From an uncultured Actinomycetes bacterium (GTDB lineage Bacteria; Actinomycetota; Acidimicrobiia; Spongiisociales; DATADW01), in the NCBI GenBank assembly GCA_963824995.1, contig CAWGRK010000017.1, positions 11,143 to 75,142 of the forward strand: a DNA stretch of 64,000 nt. Reading direction: 5' to 3'. The notes beneath the pieces are model-generated. The model did no database searches and was not told the origin of the DNA. It worked only from the letters and a program-made list of their open reading frames with translations. How positions within the stretch are numbered: position 1 is the stretch's first letter; each line of letters starts with the position of its first letter. Position numbers and translations under genes: made by a program. Positions 8,252-20,947 of the stretch are shown here, piece by piece.

Positions 8252-11200
8252 TTGGCTTCCGTCTTCCGTCTCTCTTCTACCATCTCGGGGCTCGTGCCCG
8301 CGCCGCTCGCTTCGCTGGTCGAACGGTGGCGGCCCCACAAACTCCCCGGTGCGACCGGGCGGCTCGTGGTGCCGCCCAATGCCCGCGCCATCCTTCTCGG
8401 CGGTCTGGCCGCCAAAGCTCCGGGCGCGGTACTGGCAGTCGTTCCCGGCGAGCGCGACGCCGAGGAGCTAGCCGACGACCTCGAGCTCTTCACCGAGCGT
8501 GTCGCTCTGCTGCCGGCATGGGAGACGCTGCCCTTCGAACACGTCTCACCCAACGTTGGCACCATGGCGCGAACGCGCCCGTGCCAGGCACGTCCTCAGC
8601 GAAAACGAGCCGGGAACGGTGGTGGTGGCGTCGGCCCGCTCGGTCTCGCAGCGGGTCAGCCCTTCGGCGGTGGAACCGATCACTGCGGAACCAGGCGAGG
8701 ACGTTGGGTTCGAGCGGCTCATCAGGGACCTCGCCCTGGCGGGCTATCACCGATCCGATCGGGTGGAGGCCCGGGGTGAAGTGGCGGTGCGGGGCGGGAT
8801 CATCGACGTGTTCCCCGCCCAAGGCGATGAGCCGGTCCGGATCGAGTTGTGGGGCGATGAGGTCGACTCCATCCGCGTGTTCGCCATCTCGAGCCAGCGG
8901 TCGATCGAGCCGGCCCCTGGGCTGGTGGCCTACCCAGCACGGGAGTTTCGTCCGGAGGGTCTGGTGGCAGATGAGGCGCGCCGCCTGCTCAACACCGAGC
9001 CATGGGCCGCCGCCACCTGGGAGCGCCTCGCCGAAGGGCTCGTCTTCCCCGGCATGGAGTCGTGGCTCCCGTGGATGACCCCACCGGTCACGGTCCTCGA
9101 CGAGCTTCCGCCTGGTGCCCGGTTGGTGGTCTTCGACCCTGTGAGGGCGGGTGACCGCAGCCGCGATCTGGTCAAGGAGGAGGCGGAGCTCGCAGCGGCG
9201 CTGGCCCCGACGTGGGGTCACGGCGCTCCCGAGGCTGGAGAGCACCCCTCCCTGTACCTCGATCTCGGCCGGTCGCTCGAGGACCGCGATCTGCTGGCTG
9301 CCCCACCGCTGGCGGCCGGACCGAGCGATGATCGGATCGAGGTTCGTGGGCTCGACGCCACCCCTGGGGACCCCGAGTCGATTGGGCGCGGTCTCGACCG
9401 ATTGATGGCGAGAGGGACCACGGTCGTGGTGGCGATGGACGGCGAGACCGCCGCCGACCGGGTGGCCGGAGTCCTTGCGGACGAGGGTCTTGCCCTTCCC
9501 CGCCGCCCCACGCTCGACAAAGTGGAGTCGGCTGTGCTGTCGATCGGGATCCACCGCGGTTTCGTGCTTCCTTCGCTCGACATCGCCGTCCTCGGCGAAC
9601 AGGAGATCGCCGGTAGGCGACGAGCGCACCGCCGTGCCGCCCGCCGCGCCCCGGCAACCGGAGGGGACTACCGGGACCTCACGCCTGGCGACTATGTGGT
9701 CCATCATCGCCACGGGATCGGTCGCTTCGAGGGGATGGTGACCCGGAGCATCGCCGGTGTGGAGCGTGATTACCTGGTGGTGGCATACGCAGCGGGTGAT
9801 CGCCTCTATGTCCCCACCGACCAGCTTGCTGCAGTGCGCAAGTACACCGGCGGAGAGGAACCGCGCATCTCCCGGATGGGGGGCAAGGACTGGGCCGAGA
9901 CCCGGGCTCGGGTGCGGAGGGCGGTGGCGGCGGTGGCGGAGCAGGTTGTGGCGCTGCACCGCGCCCGTGCCGCAGCCAAAGGGCACGCATACCCCCCCGA
10001 CGCAGCCTGGCAGCGGGAGATGGAGTCCGCCTTTCCATACGAGGAGACGCCCGATCAACTCACCGCCATCGTCGATGTCAAGGACGACATGCAGCAGGAC
10101 CGGCCGATGGATCGGTTGGTCTTTGGCGATGTTGGGTACGGGAAGACCGAGGTGGCGATTCGTGCCGCCTTCAAAGCGGTCCTCGACGGCAGGCAGGTGG
10201 CGGTGCTGGTGCCCACCACGCTCTTGGCTCAGCAGCACCACCAGACATTCTCCGAGCGCTTCGCCCCCTACCCGATCAGGGTCGAGGTGCTCTCCCGGTT
10301 CCTCACCCAGCGCCAGCAGAAGACCGTCGTCGAAGCGATGAGGCGCGGCGACGTGGACGTGGTCATCGGCACCCACCGGCTGCTCTCCGACGACATCCAC
10401 TGGAAGGACCTCGGACTGCTCGTGGTAGACGAGGAGCAGCGCTTCGGGGTGAACGCCAAGGACGCCATAAAGCAGCTCCGGGTCGGGGTGGATGTCCTCA
10501 CCCTCACCGCCACGCCGATCCCGCGGACGCTTGAGATGGCGCTCACCGGCATACGGGACGTGAGCCACATCCGTACACCCCCAGAGGACAGGCACCCCAT
10601 CCTCACCTACGTCGGTCCATACGACCAACAGGCGGTAGCCGCGGCGATCCGTCGTGAGTTGCTGCGCGAAGGACAGGTCTTCTACGTGCACAACCGGGTG
10701 CGGTCGATCGAACGTGCCGTCGCCCAGTTGAGGGAACTGGTCCCCGATGCCAGGTACGCGGTGGCTCATGGCCAGATGTCCGAAGGGCAACTCGAGCAGG
10801 TCATGCTCGACTTCTGGAGCGGTGAAGCCGACGTCCTCGTAGCCACGACCATCATCGAGTCCGGACTCGACCTGCCCCAGGTGAACACGCTTGTGGTGGA
10901 GCGGGCCGACCTGCTCGGTCTCGCCCAGCTATATCAGTTGCGCGGCCGTGTCGGTCGGTCCAGCCAGCGGGCCTACGCCTACCTGTTCCACCCGACTGAT
11001 CAATCGATCACCGAAGAGGCCCACCGGCGGCTCGAGGCGATCGGCGAGGCGACCGACCTGGGGTCCGGTTTCCAGTTGGCTCTGCGCGATCTGGAGATCC
11101 GCGGTGCCGGTTCCGTCCTCGGCGAGATCCAGTCGGGGCAGATCGCGGCGGTCGGCTTCGACCTCTACGCCGAGATGGTGGCCGACGCCATCCGCCAGAT

Positions 11201-11678
11201 GGAGGGGACCGAGCCTCCACCCGAGCCATCCGAGGTCAGGATCGAGCTTCCCGTCGTGGCGCACCTGCCGCCCGAGTATGTCGGCGACGACGAGGCTCGG
11301 CTCGAGGCCTATCGCCGCCTCGCCGAGGCCGACACGGTGGCAGCTGTGGACGATGTCGCCGTCGAATGGGTGGACCGGTACGGGCCGCCACCCGAAGCAG
11401 CGCTCCAGTTGCTCGACGTGGCGAAGCTGAGGGTCGAGGCCCTTCGCATTGGTCTCGCCGAGGTGGTCCAGTTGCGTCACGAAGTCCGTTTGGCGCCGGT
11501 TGACCTCACCACATCACAGGAGGTCCGGCTGCAGCGGCTATCCCCAAAGGCGGTGCTCCGGCCTACCGACAGCGCGATGTTCATACCGGCGCCAAAACCA
11601 CTGGTGACTGGGCTGGTCGCATTTCTCACCGCCATGTGGCCACCACTCGATCAAGCAAGAACCGCCGAGGAGGCATAG
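8252..11678 (+). pseudogene. mfd: transcription-repair coupling factor Mfd, one +1 frame break near 8570 as sequenced
   Basis: The N-terminus (LLPAWETLPFEHVSPNVGTMA) is in frame 2. The rest is in frame 0, with Walker A GDVGYGKTEV, DEEQRFG, helicase motifs and a TRG-like C-terminus. The TTG start at 8252 is uncertain. Confidence 0.85.
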
Positions 11679-12829
11679 TGCCGAAACGGGCCCGGTTGGC
11701 GGTCGGCGCCGTGTTCTTGATCAACGGCCTGGGGATAGCGACCTTCCTCCCTCGGCTCCCCGAGATCCAGCAACGGCTCGGGCTGAGTGATGCCGGGTTG
11801 GGCGCCGCCCTCACCGGAGCCGGGTTAGGTGGCCTCCTCGGCAGTCTGGCTGCCGGTCCGATCGTCTCCCGCCTTGGGAGCCGCAAGGCAACCCTTGCCG
11901 CCGGGACCGTCCTCGGCGTGGCGCTCTTCCCGCTCGCGATCGCCCCGAGCGGCGCCGTACTTGCTTTAGCCCTGGCCGCTGTCGGTTTCGCCGACGCCGT
12001 GACCGATATCGCCATGAACGCCCACGGCATGAGGGTTCAGCGGTTCTATCCCCGGCCCATCATCAACGGTTTCCACGCCGCCTGGAGCGTCGGCGCCATG
12101 ACCGGGGCGCTGTTGGGGAGCCTGGCTGTTGCCTTGACGGTTCCGCTGCAGGCCCAGATGGCGGTGATCTCCGTGCTCGTGGTCTGCGCTCTCTGGGTAG
12201 CCGTTGCATGGTTCCTCGCCGATGATCCGGCGAGTGCGGTTGTCCCCGGGGTCCGCCCCCGTCTGCGCGGCCTTGGGGCGCTTGCCGTGGTTGCGCTGGG
12301 GACCGGGATCATCGAAGGCGCACCCGCTGACTGGGGAGCCGTATATCTGGAGGGGACGGTGGGCGCGCGCGCCGCCGTCGCTGGGCTCGGTTACACGGTC
12401 TTCGCCGGTGCCATGCTGGTCGGACGCATGGTGGCCGACCGCTTCGTCCATCGTTTTGGGCGGGCTGTCGTCGTTCGCGTTGGAAGCCTGCTCGGTGTCG
12501 CCGGGTTCTTCATCTCGATCGGCGTGCCCTCCGTGTGGGGTGTGATGATCGGGTTCGCCGTAGCCGGCATCGGGCTTGCCGCCCTGTTCCCCGCCATGTT
12601 CGCCGCCGGGAGCGAAGTGCCCGGGCTGGGCGAGGGAGTGGGTATCGCCGGTACGTCCCTACTCGCCCGGATCGGATTCATGGTGGGTCCATTTGGGATC
12701 GGAGCGCTCGCCGAAGCAACCGGCAGCCTCCGCTGGGGGCTGCTGGTCGCACCCGTGGCCGGGTTGGCGGTGGCCATCGCCGCCAGGGCGGTCGGTGAGC
12801 GCCATACCCTCGAACCGTTGGAGATGTGA
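11678..12829 (+). CDS. MFS transporter
   Basis: About 12 TM helices with an MFS-like loop (GPIVSRLGSRKA). GTG 11678 overlaps the mfd TAG by 1 nt. Confidence 0.75.
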   Translation: MPKRARLAVGAVFLINGLGIATFLPRLPEIQQRLGLSDAGLGAALTGAGLGGLLGSLAAGPIVSRLGSRKATLAAGTVLGVALFPLAIAPSGAVLALALAAVGFADAVTDIAMNAHGMRVQRFYPRPIINGFHAAWSVGAMTGALLGSLAVALTVPLQAQMAVISVLVVCALWVAVAWFLADDPASAVVPGVRPRLRGLGALAVVALGTGIIEGAPADWGAVYLEGTVGARAAVAGLGYTVFAGAMLVGRMVADRFVHRFGRAVVVRVGSLLGVAGFFISIGVPSVWGVMIGFAVAGIGLAALFPAMFAAGSEVPGLGEGVGIAGTSLLARIGFMVGPFGIGALAEATGSLRWGLLVAPVAGLAVAIAARAVGERHTLEPLEM

Positions 12830-13896
12830 TTCGGGATTCCCCTACAATGCCCGATTCCCGTTTGGCGAGAGGTGACCGTCCTGTGTTCAAGTTGATTTCA
12901 GTGCTTACGGCCGCGGCCCTCCTCTTGGTCGCCTGCAACGGGGCGGCCGGAGAGGCTGCAAGCGTCAACGGCGAGCCGATCACCGTCGGAGAAGTCGAGG
13001 CGATGTCGTTGCACGAGGGCGACGACGTCCCACCCGATCAGTTCGCTGCCGACCTGACCACCGCCATCGTCGAGATAATCGCTCTCCAGGCGGCCGCAGA
13101 GGAGTTCGACGTCACTCCGGCCGATGCCGAAGCAGAGGCCAAGCTCGACGAGATCGAAGGGGAGATCGAGGCCAGCGGGCAGACGCTCGAGGAAGTGCTC
13201 ACCGCCCAGAGCATCCCCGAGGAGCGCGCCATCGAGATCGCGCGCCTCCAGGTGTTGCGCGACCAGGTGATCGAGCAACTCCAGGAAGGCGACGAGGTTC
13301 CCGAGGCCGACATCGTCGCCGCATACCGGCTGCGTGAACTGGGCGCCGTCGAGGTCTGCGCCCACCACATCCTGGTGGAGACCGAGGAAGAGGCCGACGA
13401 AGCCATCCAGCGTATCGAGGACGGCGAGGATTTCGAGGAAGTGGCGGCCGACGTCTCCACCGATCCCGGTGTCGCGGAGAACTCGGGCGACCTCGGTTGT
13501 CAGCCGGCCAACAGCTACGTCCTGCCCTTTGCCGAGGCTACGGTCAACGCCGAGGTGGGTGAGTTGACCGAACCGGTGCAGACCGACTTCGGGTACCACG
13601 TCATCCGGGTGGATGAGCGCAACGAACTCTCCGAGGTTCCGCCACTGGATGACGTCCGGGGCGACATCGCGACCCAGATACAGGCGCAGCGGGAGGGGGC
13701 GCTGTTCGAGGAGTGGCTCCAGCGGGTGGTCCAAGCGGCCGCGGTCGAAGTGGACGAGGAGTTCGGAACCTGGTCGGCAGATCCGGCACCGCAGGTGACC
13801 CCGCCGGGCGGTGAGGAAGGGGAGACGCCGGTCACGGAGTCAACGGTGGCCGAGCCGACCGGGACCACGGTCGCGCCGACAACCACCACCCCGTGA
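12826..13896 (+). CDS. parvulin-type peptidyl-prolyl isomerase lipoprotein (PrsA/SurA-like)
   Basis: Lipobox LLLVAC. PpiC domain CAHHILV...GDLGC....LPFAEA......TDFGYHVIRV. GTG 12826 overlaps the MFS stop (GTGA). ATG 12847 is an alternative start. Confidence 0.75.
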   Translation: MIRDSPTMPDSRLARGDRPVFKLISVLTAAALLLVACNGAAGEAASVNGEPITVGEVEAMSLHEGDDVPPDQFAADLTTAIVEIIALQAAAEEFDVTPADAEAEAKLDEIEGEIEASGQTLEEVLTAQSIPEERAIEIARLQVLRDQVIEQLQEGDEVPEADIVAAYRLRELGAVEVCAHHILVETEEEADEAIQRIEDGEDFEEVAADVSTDPGVAENSGDLGCQPANSYVLPFAEATVNAEVGELTEPVQTDFGYHVIRVDERNELSEVPPLDDVRGDIATQIQAQREGALFEEWLQRVVQAAAVEVDEEFGTWSADPAPQVTPPGGEEGETPVTESTVAEPTGTTVAPTTTTP

Positions 13897-15344
13897 TAAC
13901 GATCGTCGGGCTCGGGCCCGGCGATCTGGAACGCGTCGGGGCGGCGGCACTCGACCGCCTGACTGACCCGGGTAACCGGGTGATCGTGCGCACTATCAGA
14001 CACCCCGCCGCCGCCACTCTGGCGCAACGGAGGCCGGTCGAGAGCTGCGACGACCTCTACGACGAGGCGGAGCGATTCGACGACCTCTACGACGCGGTCG
14101 CCGGGAGATTGCTCGAAGCCGGTCGGCAGGGCGATGTCATCTACGCCGTCCCCGGCAGTCCGCTCGTCGGCGAATTCGCCGTGGCCACACTCACTCGGCT
14201 GGCGAAGGAGCGCGGCATCGACTTCGAGGTCATCCCCGCCGAGTCGTTCATAGATGCCGTGCTGGCAGCCGTGGGCTACGACCCGCTCGACCGCGGGCTG
14301 ATCGTCCTCAATGGCCAGGACCTCCCCGATCCGCTGGTGCTCGACCACCCCACTGTCATCGGCCACCTGCCCGACGCGGTGCTCATGGCGGACGTCGTCG
14401 CCCGACTCGACAGGTTGCTCCCCGACGGTACCGAGGTCTCGGTGCTCATCGATCTCGGGACCTCCGGTGCCCGCGTCGTGACGACAAATGTCGATTCGAT
14501 CGATCCCGACTTGGCCGGGCTGCGAACCTCGCTGTTCATCGACCCGGCTCCTTCGGGTCTGGTCGGAGCGGTGACCGTGATGCGCCGTCTGCGACGGGAG
14601 TGTCCCTGGGACCGACGGCAAACGCACCGTTCGCTATTGACCCACCTCCTCGAGGAGTCCTCCGAGTTGGTCGATGCGGTTTCGGCGCTTCCCGTGGCGG
14701 CTCCCGCCGGCGAGCCGGACTGGATGGCGTACTCCGCCGTCGAGGACGAGTTGGGCGACGTCCTGCTCCAGGTGTTGTTCCACACCGTCATGGCGGAGGA
14801 AGCCGGGGCGTTCACTATCGATGACGTTGCCGAGAGGCTGCGACGCAAGCTCATCCGCCGCCATCCGCACGTCTTCGGCGAGGTCGAGGCGAACACGCCC
14901 GACGAGGTGCTGCGCAATTGGGAGGCGATCAAGTCCGACGAGCAACCGGGGACGCGGTCGCTGATGGACGGCGTCCCAGTTTCGATGGGTGGCCTCATCC
15001 GTGCCGCCAAGCTGCAGAAGCGGGCAGCATCCGTCGGTTTCGATTGGGAGGGCCCCTCCGGGGTCATACCCAAGCTGACGGAGGAACTGGGGGAGCTCGT
15101 CGAGGTGATCGATCAGCCGGAGGAGGCGGAGCGGGAGATCGGTGACCTCCTCTTCACGCTGGTCAACCTGGCGCGCCACCTTGGCCTCGACAGCGAGGTG
15201 GCGCTGCGCGGGGCGGTGTCCAGGTTCGAGGCGCGGTTCCGCCGGATGGAGGAGCTTGGGGGCGAGCTGTCGAGCCGCTCGCTCGAGCAACTCGACGAGT
15301 TGTGGGATAGAGCCAAGGCCGAGGAAGATCTCAGGGATCGCTGA
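13893..15344 (+). CDS. mazG: tetrapyrrole-methylase-like domain fused to MazG nucleoside triphosphate pyrophosphohydrolase
   Basis: N-terminus MITIVGLGPGD (methylase fold). The C-terminus carries two MazG repeats (RECPWDRRQTHRSL...EE..E; EELGDLLFTLVNLARHLGLD). GTGA overlap with the upstream gene. Confidence 0.8.
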   Translation: MITIVGLGPGDLERVGAAALDRLTDPGNRVIVRTIRHPAAATLAQRRPVESCDDLYDEAERFDDLYDAVAGRLLEAGRQGDVIYAVPGSPLVGEFAVATLTRLAKERGIDFEVIPAESFIDAVLAAVGYDPLDRGLIVLNGQDLPDPLVLDHPTVIGHLPDAVLMADVVARLDRLLPDGTEVSVLIDLGTSGARVVTTNVDSIDPDLAGLRTSLFIDPAPSGLVGAVTVMRRLRRECPWDRRQTHRSLLTHLLEESSELVDAVSALPVAAPAGEPDWMAYSAVEDELGDVLLQVLFHTVMAEEAGAFTIDDVAERLRRKLIRRHPHVFGEVEANTPDEVLRNWEAIKSDEQPGTRSLMDGVPVSMGGLIRAAKLQKRAASVGFDWEGPSGVIPKLTEELGELVEVIDQPEEAEREIGDLLFTLVNLARHLGLDSEVALRGAVSRFEARFRRMEELGGELSSRSLEQLDELWDRAKAEEDLRDR

Positions 15345-15624
15345 TGAACCTGACCCTGCCGGCATGTCGAGCGACCCATGCCGCTGGGTCGCCGATCACG
15401 GTTCCGGGTTCGGGCAGGAATCCCGCCCGCACTACCTGGGGGAGCCGGGTTTCCAAAAGCTGCTCACGGTCCAATGTGGCCAGCACCCGTCCATCCTCGA
15501 CCAGCTTGATGGTCTCGGTCGGGGGCGATCCGAATGTGGCCGCGTCGGCGTCGCCGAGTCCCGCTACCAGCAGTTCCACCTCGGCCCGGTCGCCGTCGGG
15601 CGCCGAGAAGACGATCAGCGTCAT
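15331..15624 (-). CDS. hypothetical small acidic protein
   Basis: The minus frame (MTLIVFSAPDGDRAEVELLV...) is far more protein-like than the overlapping Ser/Arg/Thr-rich plus-strand ORF. No family recognised. Confidence 0.35.
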   Translation of the reverse strand: MTLIVFSAPDGDRAEVELLVAGLGDADAATFGSPPTETIKLVEDGRVLATLDREQLLETRLPQVVRAGFLPEPGTVIGDPAAWVARHAGRVRFISDP

Positions 15625-15743
15625 GCCTTTGGGCGGATCAGGGGCGGTGAACGGTGGTTCTCCGGTCACCTCGTGTACTCCTTGGGTCACCAGCGGCTCA
15701 CCAGTGGGATTGTGCCCCCCGGTTCGGGTAATGGTGCTTCGCA

Positions 15744-16424
15744 TTGGGTGACATCTGCGCCGTAGTCCTCGCCGCCGGGGGTGGGAGCCGGGTAGCGGCC
15801 GAGACCAACAAGGTGTATCTCGAGTTGGCCGGGCGACCGCTCCTCGCCTGGTCGGTCGCCGCCCTCGATGGTCAGGCCGACCATGTGATCGTGGTCACCC
15901 GTCCCGGGGAAGAGGCGCAGGCAGCACAAGCCGCGGGTGGAGTCGCGGTGGAGTTCGTCTCCGGTGGCGACACCCGCTTTCGCAGCGAGCTTGCCGCACT
16001 GGAAGCGCTGGCGGATCGGATCCGAGACGGTCGGATCGGCCTGGTGTTGCTCCACGACGCCGCTCGTCCACTGGTGACCGAGGGCTTGATCGCCCGGATC
16101 GTTGTCGAAGCGCGAAGCAGCGGGGGTGCGGTCCCGGCGACTTCTGGCCCTCAATTGCTGGCCAGGAAAGGCGACCTCCTCGTCACGGTCAGGGGCACCG
16201 TGGTCTCGGTCCAGACTCCGCAGGGGTTCGCCGCGCGGCCTCTGCTCGATGCATTTCGTGCCGCCGCAGCAGCAGGCGTGGAGGGAACCGACACCGCTGC
16301 GACAGTGGAGCGTTTCTCGGACATCTCGGTTACTGCGGTGCCGGGGGATCCGGACAACATCAAGGTCACGTGGCCCGAGGACCTCGAGCGCGCCGCCCGC
16401 ATCCTCGCTGCTCGGGAAAGCTGA
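15744..16424 (+). CDS. ispD: 2-C-methyl-D-erythritol 4-phosphate cytidylyltransferase
   Basis: AVVLAAGGGSRV...NKVYLELAGRPLLAWS, LLHDAARPL, and VQTPQGF near the C-terminus. Confidence 0.85.
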   Translation: MGDICAVVLAAGGGSRVAAETNKVYLELAGRPLLAWSVAALDGQADHVIVVTRPGEEAQAAQAAGGVAVEFVSGGDTRFRSELAALEALADRIRDGRIGLVLLHDAARPLVTEGLIARIVVEARSSGGAVPATSGPQLLARKGDLLVTVRGTVVSVQTPQGFAARPLLDAFRAAAAAGVEGTDTAATVERFSDISVTAVPGDPDNIKVTWPEDLERAARILAARES

Positions 16425-16490
16425 TCGGCCCAGAGCAGTACCAATGGCGCTCGGCTCCGCCGCGATCAACCTCGCCACTCCCGGTGGTAG

Positions 16491-18192
<1,702 letters not shown>

Positions 18193-18196
<4 letters not shown>

Positions 18197-18720
18197 TCGA
18201 CGAGGCGGCCATCGTGGCCGCCCAGGTCGGTCGCCCTCTCCGCTCGGAGGTCGGGGTACTTGGACGGTGTCACCTCGGGTTGCCAGTGGTGGTCGAGGTC
18301 CCACCTCTGCTCGACGACGGCACCCCGTTCCCGACCAGGTACTGGTTGAGTTGCCCACTTGCCGTTCGCAGAATCGGGCGCATCGAATCAGCGGGAGGGG
18401 TCCGCGAGATGGATCGCCGAGCCACCGAAGATCCCGAATTCGGCGAACTTCTGACCGCGGCGCATGCTCGGTACGCCGCTGAACGTGATGCCCTGGTGCC
18501 CGACGACGCCCTCCACCGACCCCGCGGGGGTGTGGGCGGTTCGTCATCGGTCAAGTGCCTCCACGCGCACTATGCCGATCATGCGGCGGGCAACCAGAAC
18601 CCAGTCGGCGAGATGACGGCTTCGGCGGTGGAACCGCTCGACTGTCCGATACCTTGCGTGGTCGAGAGGGGCAGTGGGGCGATCCGCAACCCGGAGTGGG
18701 TCGAGCCCGCTATCGGTTAG
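18193..18720 (+). CDS. DUF501 domain protein
   Basis: GTGA overlap with ftsB. Contains PFPTRYWLSCP...VKCLHAHYA and occupies the conserved position between ftsB and ppx. Confidence 0.7.
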
Positions 18721-18731
18721 CGTCGCCTTCC

Positions 18732-19631
18732 ATGCGGGTCGCAGCCGTTGACATCGGAACCAACTCGATGAGGTTGCTCGTCGCCGACGAGAACGACGGG
18801 CAGCTCGAGGAGGTCGAGCGGCACTCACGGGTCACCAGGTTGGGACAGGGAGTCGACCACGACCGGCGACTGGGCGAGGAGCCGATGCGCCGCACCATCG
18901 AGGCCCTTGCTGGGTTCGGGCAACGGATCGTCCACCTCGCAGCTGAACGCGTCCGGGTGGTCGCCACCTCCGCCAGCCGGGACGCGGTCAACCGAGAGGA
19001 GTTCTTCGACCGCGCCGAAGCAGCGCTCGGCCATCGCCCCGAGCTGATCCCGGGCGAAGAGGAGGCCGTTCTCGCCTTCAAAGGTGCGACGCTCGGGTCC
19101 ACCGCAAACCCGGCGCTCGTCGTGGACATCGGCGGAGGCAGTACCGAGCTCGTCTACGGCTCGGTGGGTCCCGAGATGGCTTCGAGCATTGATGTCGGTT
19201 CGGTTCGGGTTACCGAGCGGGCCGTTCCTGATCGTCCCGCACCACCGGATCAGGTCGAAGCGGGTAGACAGTTGGTGGTCGGGGCGCTGGCCGGAGCCGT
19301 CTTGCCGGGGACGCCCCGACTGACCATCGGCGTTGCCGGGACGATCACCTCGCTTGCGGCCATGACGCTGCGGCAGGCCGTCTACGACCCCGTGGCCGTC
19401 CACGGGAGCGACCTGACCGCGGTCGATGTGACCCGTCTCGTCGAAGAGTTGTCGCAACTCACCGTCGAGCAGACGGCCGCCACTTTCCCGGCGCTCGATC
19501 CGGGGAGGGCACCGGTGATCCTCGGCGGCGCCATATGCGCCGAGACCGTGCTGCGTCATTTCGGCCTCGCTGGATACCGCGTCTCCGAGAGCGACATGCT
19601 CGATGCGATTGCGCTCTCTCTGCTCGACTGA
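18732..19631 (+). CDS. ppx: Ppx/GppA-family exopolyphosphatase
   Basis: MRVAAVDIGTNSMRLLVAD, VVATSASRDA.N, VDIGGGSTE (ASKHA phosphatase motifs). Confidence 0.8.
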   Translation: MRVAAVDIGTNSMRLLVADENDGQLEEVERHSRVTRLGQGVDHDRRLGEEPMRRTIEALAGFGQRIVHLAAERVRVVATSASRDAVNREEFFDRAEAALGHRPELIPGEEEAVLAFKGATLGSTANPALVVDIGGGSTELVYGSVGPEMASSIDVGSVRVTERAVPDRPAPPDQVEAGRQLVVGALAGAVLPGTPRLTIGVAGTITSLAAMTLRQAVYDPVAVHGSDLTAVDVTRLVEELSQLTVEQTAATFPALDPGRAPVILGGAICAETVLRHFGLAGYRVSESDMLDAIALSLLD

Positions 19632-19652
19632 CCGGTTTACCCTCGACCAGTC

Positions 19653-19735
19653 GCCCGGGTGTCGGAATTGGTAGACGAGGGGCTCTTAAACAGCTCTGCT
19701 CTCCGAGCGTGTGGGTTCGAATCCCACCCCGGGCA
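19653..19735 (+). tRNA. tRNA-Leu (anticodon UAA), long variable arm, CCA not encoded
   Basis: Acceptor stem GCCCGGG/CCCGGGC. D loop GAATTGGTAGA. Anticodon stem GGGCT/AGCTC with loop CTTAAAC. 14-nt variable arm. T arm GTGGG-TTCGAAT-CCCAC. Confidence 0.85.
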
Positions 19736-19810
19736 CCCGCGACAGGGCCGCCACCGCACACTTGGTCGCTGACGGCCCTGATTGACTTCAGATGTTCGAT
19801 CCGAGAAGCC

Positions 19811-20422
19811 CTACTCCTTGGGCTTCTTCCCGATGAATTCCTCGCGTGACTGTTCGGCGCGAGCTTGCCCGATGGCGGTGGTGACTGTCTTCTCCTCTTC
19901 GGGTGGCGGGAGCACCGCCGGCATGCCGAGTGATTCGATCCACAGTTCACGGGTCCAGCCCTGGGTGTGATAGAGGTGGTGGTCCTCTTCCTCTTCCACC
20001 TGCTCGTACGCATCCTGGAGAACCGATGCCATCTTCCCCGACGACTTCTCGGCAACACGGCCGATGAGTTCCCAGTTGGCGTGGTCCTTTATCTCGGCGT
20101 CTACAACCGCCTCGGCGGCGACCAACTGCGCTGCGTCCGGATTGCCGGCGGCGAGCGCCATCTCCATCGACTTGATCAGTGACTGGCCCTTGAAACGCAC
20201 CACTTCCCGACCGGGCGTCTCCTTCTCCGTGTCAAGCCCCAACTCCTCAAAGACCGTGCTGACGATGCGCACGTGGTTCTCCGTCTCGTCGAGGTACTTC
20301 TGCCATTCCTCCTGCAGGTCCTCGTTCACGGCACAACGGAGCGCGGTCTTGTAGACCTGCACGCCCCCGATCTCGGTTTCCAATGCCTGGTAGAGCAGCT
20401 CTTCGACTTGAGCGTTGTCCAC
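19811..20422 (-). CDS. ferritin-like / four-helix-bundle domain protein (family uncertain)
   Basis: Acidic helical protein with repeated E..H-type segments (LDETENHVRIV, EEEDHHLYHTQ). Assignment is by composition and pattern only. Confidence 0.5.
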   Translation of the reverse strand: MDNAQVEELLYQALETEIGGVQVYKTALRCAVNEDLQEEWQKYLDETENHVRIVSTVFEELGLDTEKETPGREVVRFKGQSLIKSMEMALAAGNPDAAQLVAAEAVVDAEIKDHANWELIGRVAEKSSGKMASVLQDAYEQVEEEEDHHLYHTQGWTRELWIESLGMPAVLPPPEEEKTVTTAIGQARAEQSREEFIGKKPKE

Positions 20423-20500
20423 GATCCCTCCCGGTTGTGCGGTGCCTTCATCGGCGGGATCCGGTGCTACCCCGGCCGGTCGGAGTGCAAACCCGCGTTG

Positions 20501-20866
20501 CTACTTGGCCACGGCGTCGGTCTCAGCGATGCGGGCCGTGACCAGCTTCTGCACCAGACCGGAGGGCAGTGGCGCTTCCGGGGTGAAGTGGACGGTGCCC
20601 TTGGCCGTGTCGTATCCATCGAGGTCTTCGCGGTGCGCCTCCATCACTGCAGGGCTCTGCACGTAGAACGAGCAATGGGCCTTACTCGACCCGTAGGAGA
20701 CGAGAGGACGTCCGCGGTATTTGAAAGCGGGCACCCCATAGCTGACCGATTCCACCGCATCGGGCGCGGCTTCGGCGATGACATCGCGCAGCGCGAGGAG
20801 AGCGGTGCGTCTGTCGTCCGGCAGCGCAGCCAGGAATGCCTCTACTTCTGGAGGAGGGCTCACCAC
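20501..20866 (-). CDS. DUF1801 (YdhG-like) domain protein
   Basis: EVEAFLAALPDDRRTALLALRDVI...VSYGVPAFKYRGRPLVSYGSSKAHCSFY. GTG start at 20866. Confidence 0.6.
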   Translation of the reverse strand: MVSPPPEVEAFLAALPDDRRTALLALRDVIAEAAPDAVESVSYGVPAFKYRGRPLVSYGSSKAHCSFYVQSPAVMEAHREDLDGYDTAKGTVHFTPEAPLPSGLVQKLVTARIAETDAVAK

Positions 20867-20947
20867 GACCGGCACCCTAGGCGCCGACCGGACCGATGAG
20901 AACTCCGTCGAGATGACGTCATTTACTCGAACACGACATGGAGATAT

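Noticed and set aside
8490-10790. 766-aa ORF on the minus strand opposite mfd. Similar long antisense ORFs occur at 15687-17645 (652 aa), 17282-18547 (421 aa), 43245-44618 (457 aa), 3685-4728 (347 aa) and 5491-6621 (376 aa).
   Set aside because: These are typical high-GC shadow ORFs. They have Arg/Gly/Pro/His-rich low-complexity translations with no recognisable motifs, and each lies opposite a gene with clear family signatures.
19736-19810. Hairpin CAGGGCCG...CGGCCCTG downstream of tRNA-Leu as a terminator.
   Set aside because: The loop is about 23 nt and there is no U tract. It is too weak to call.
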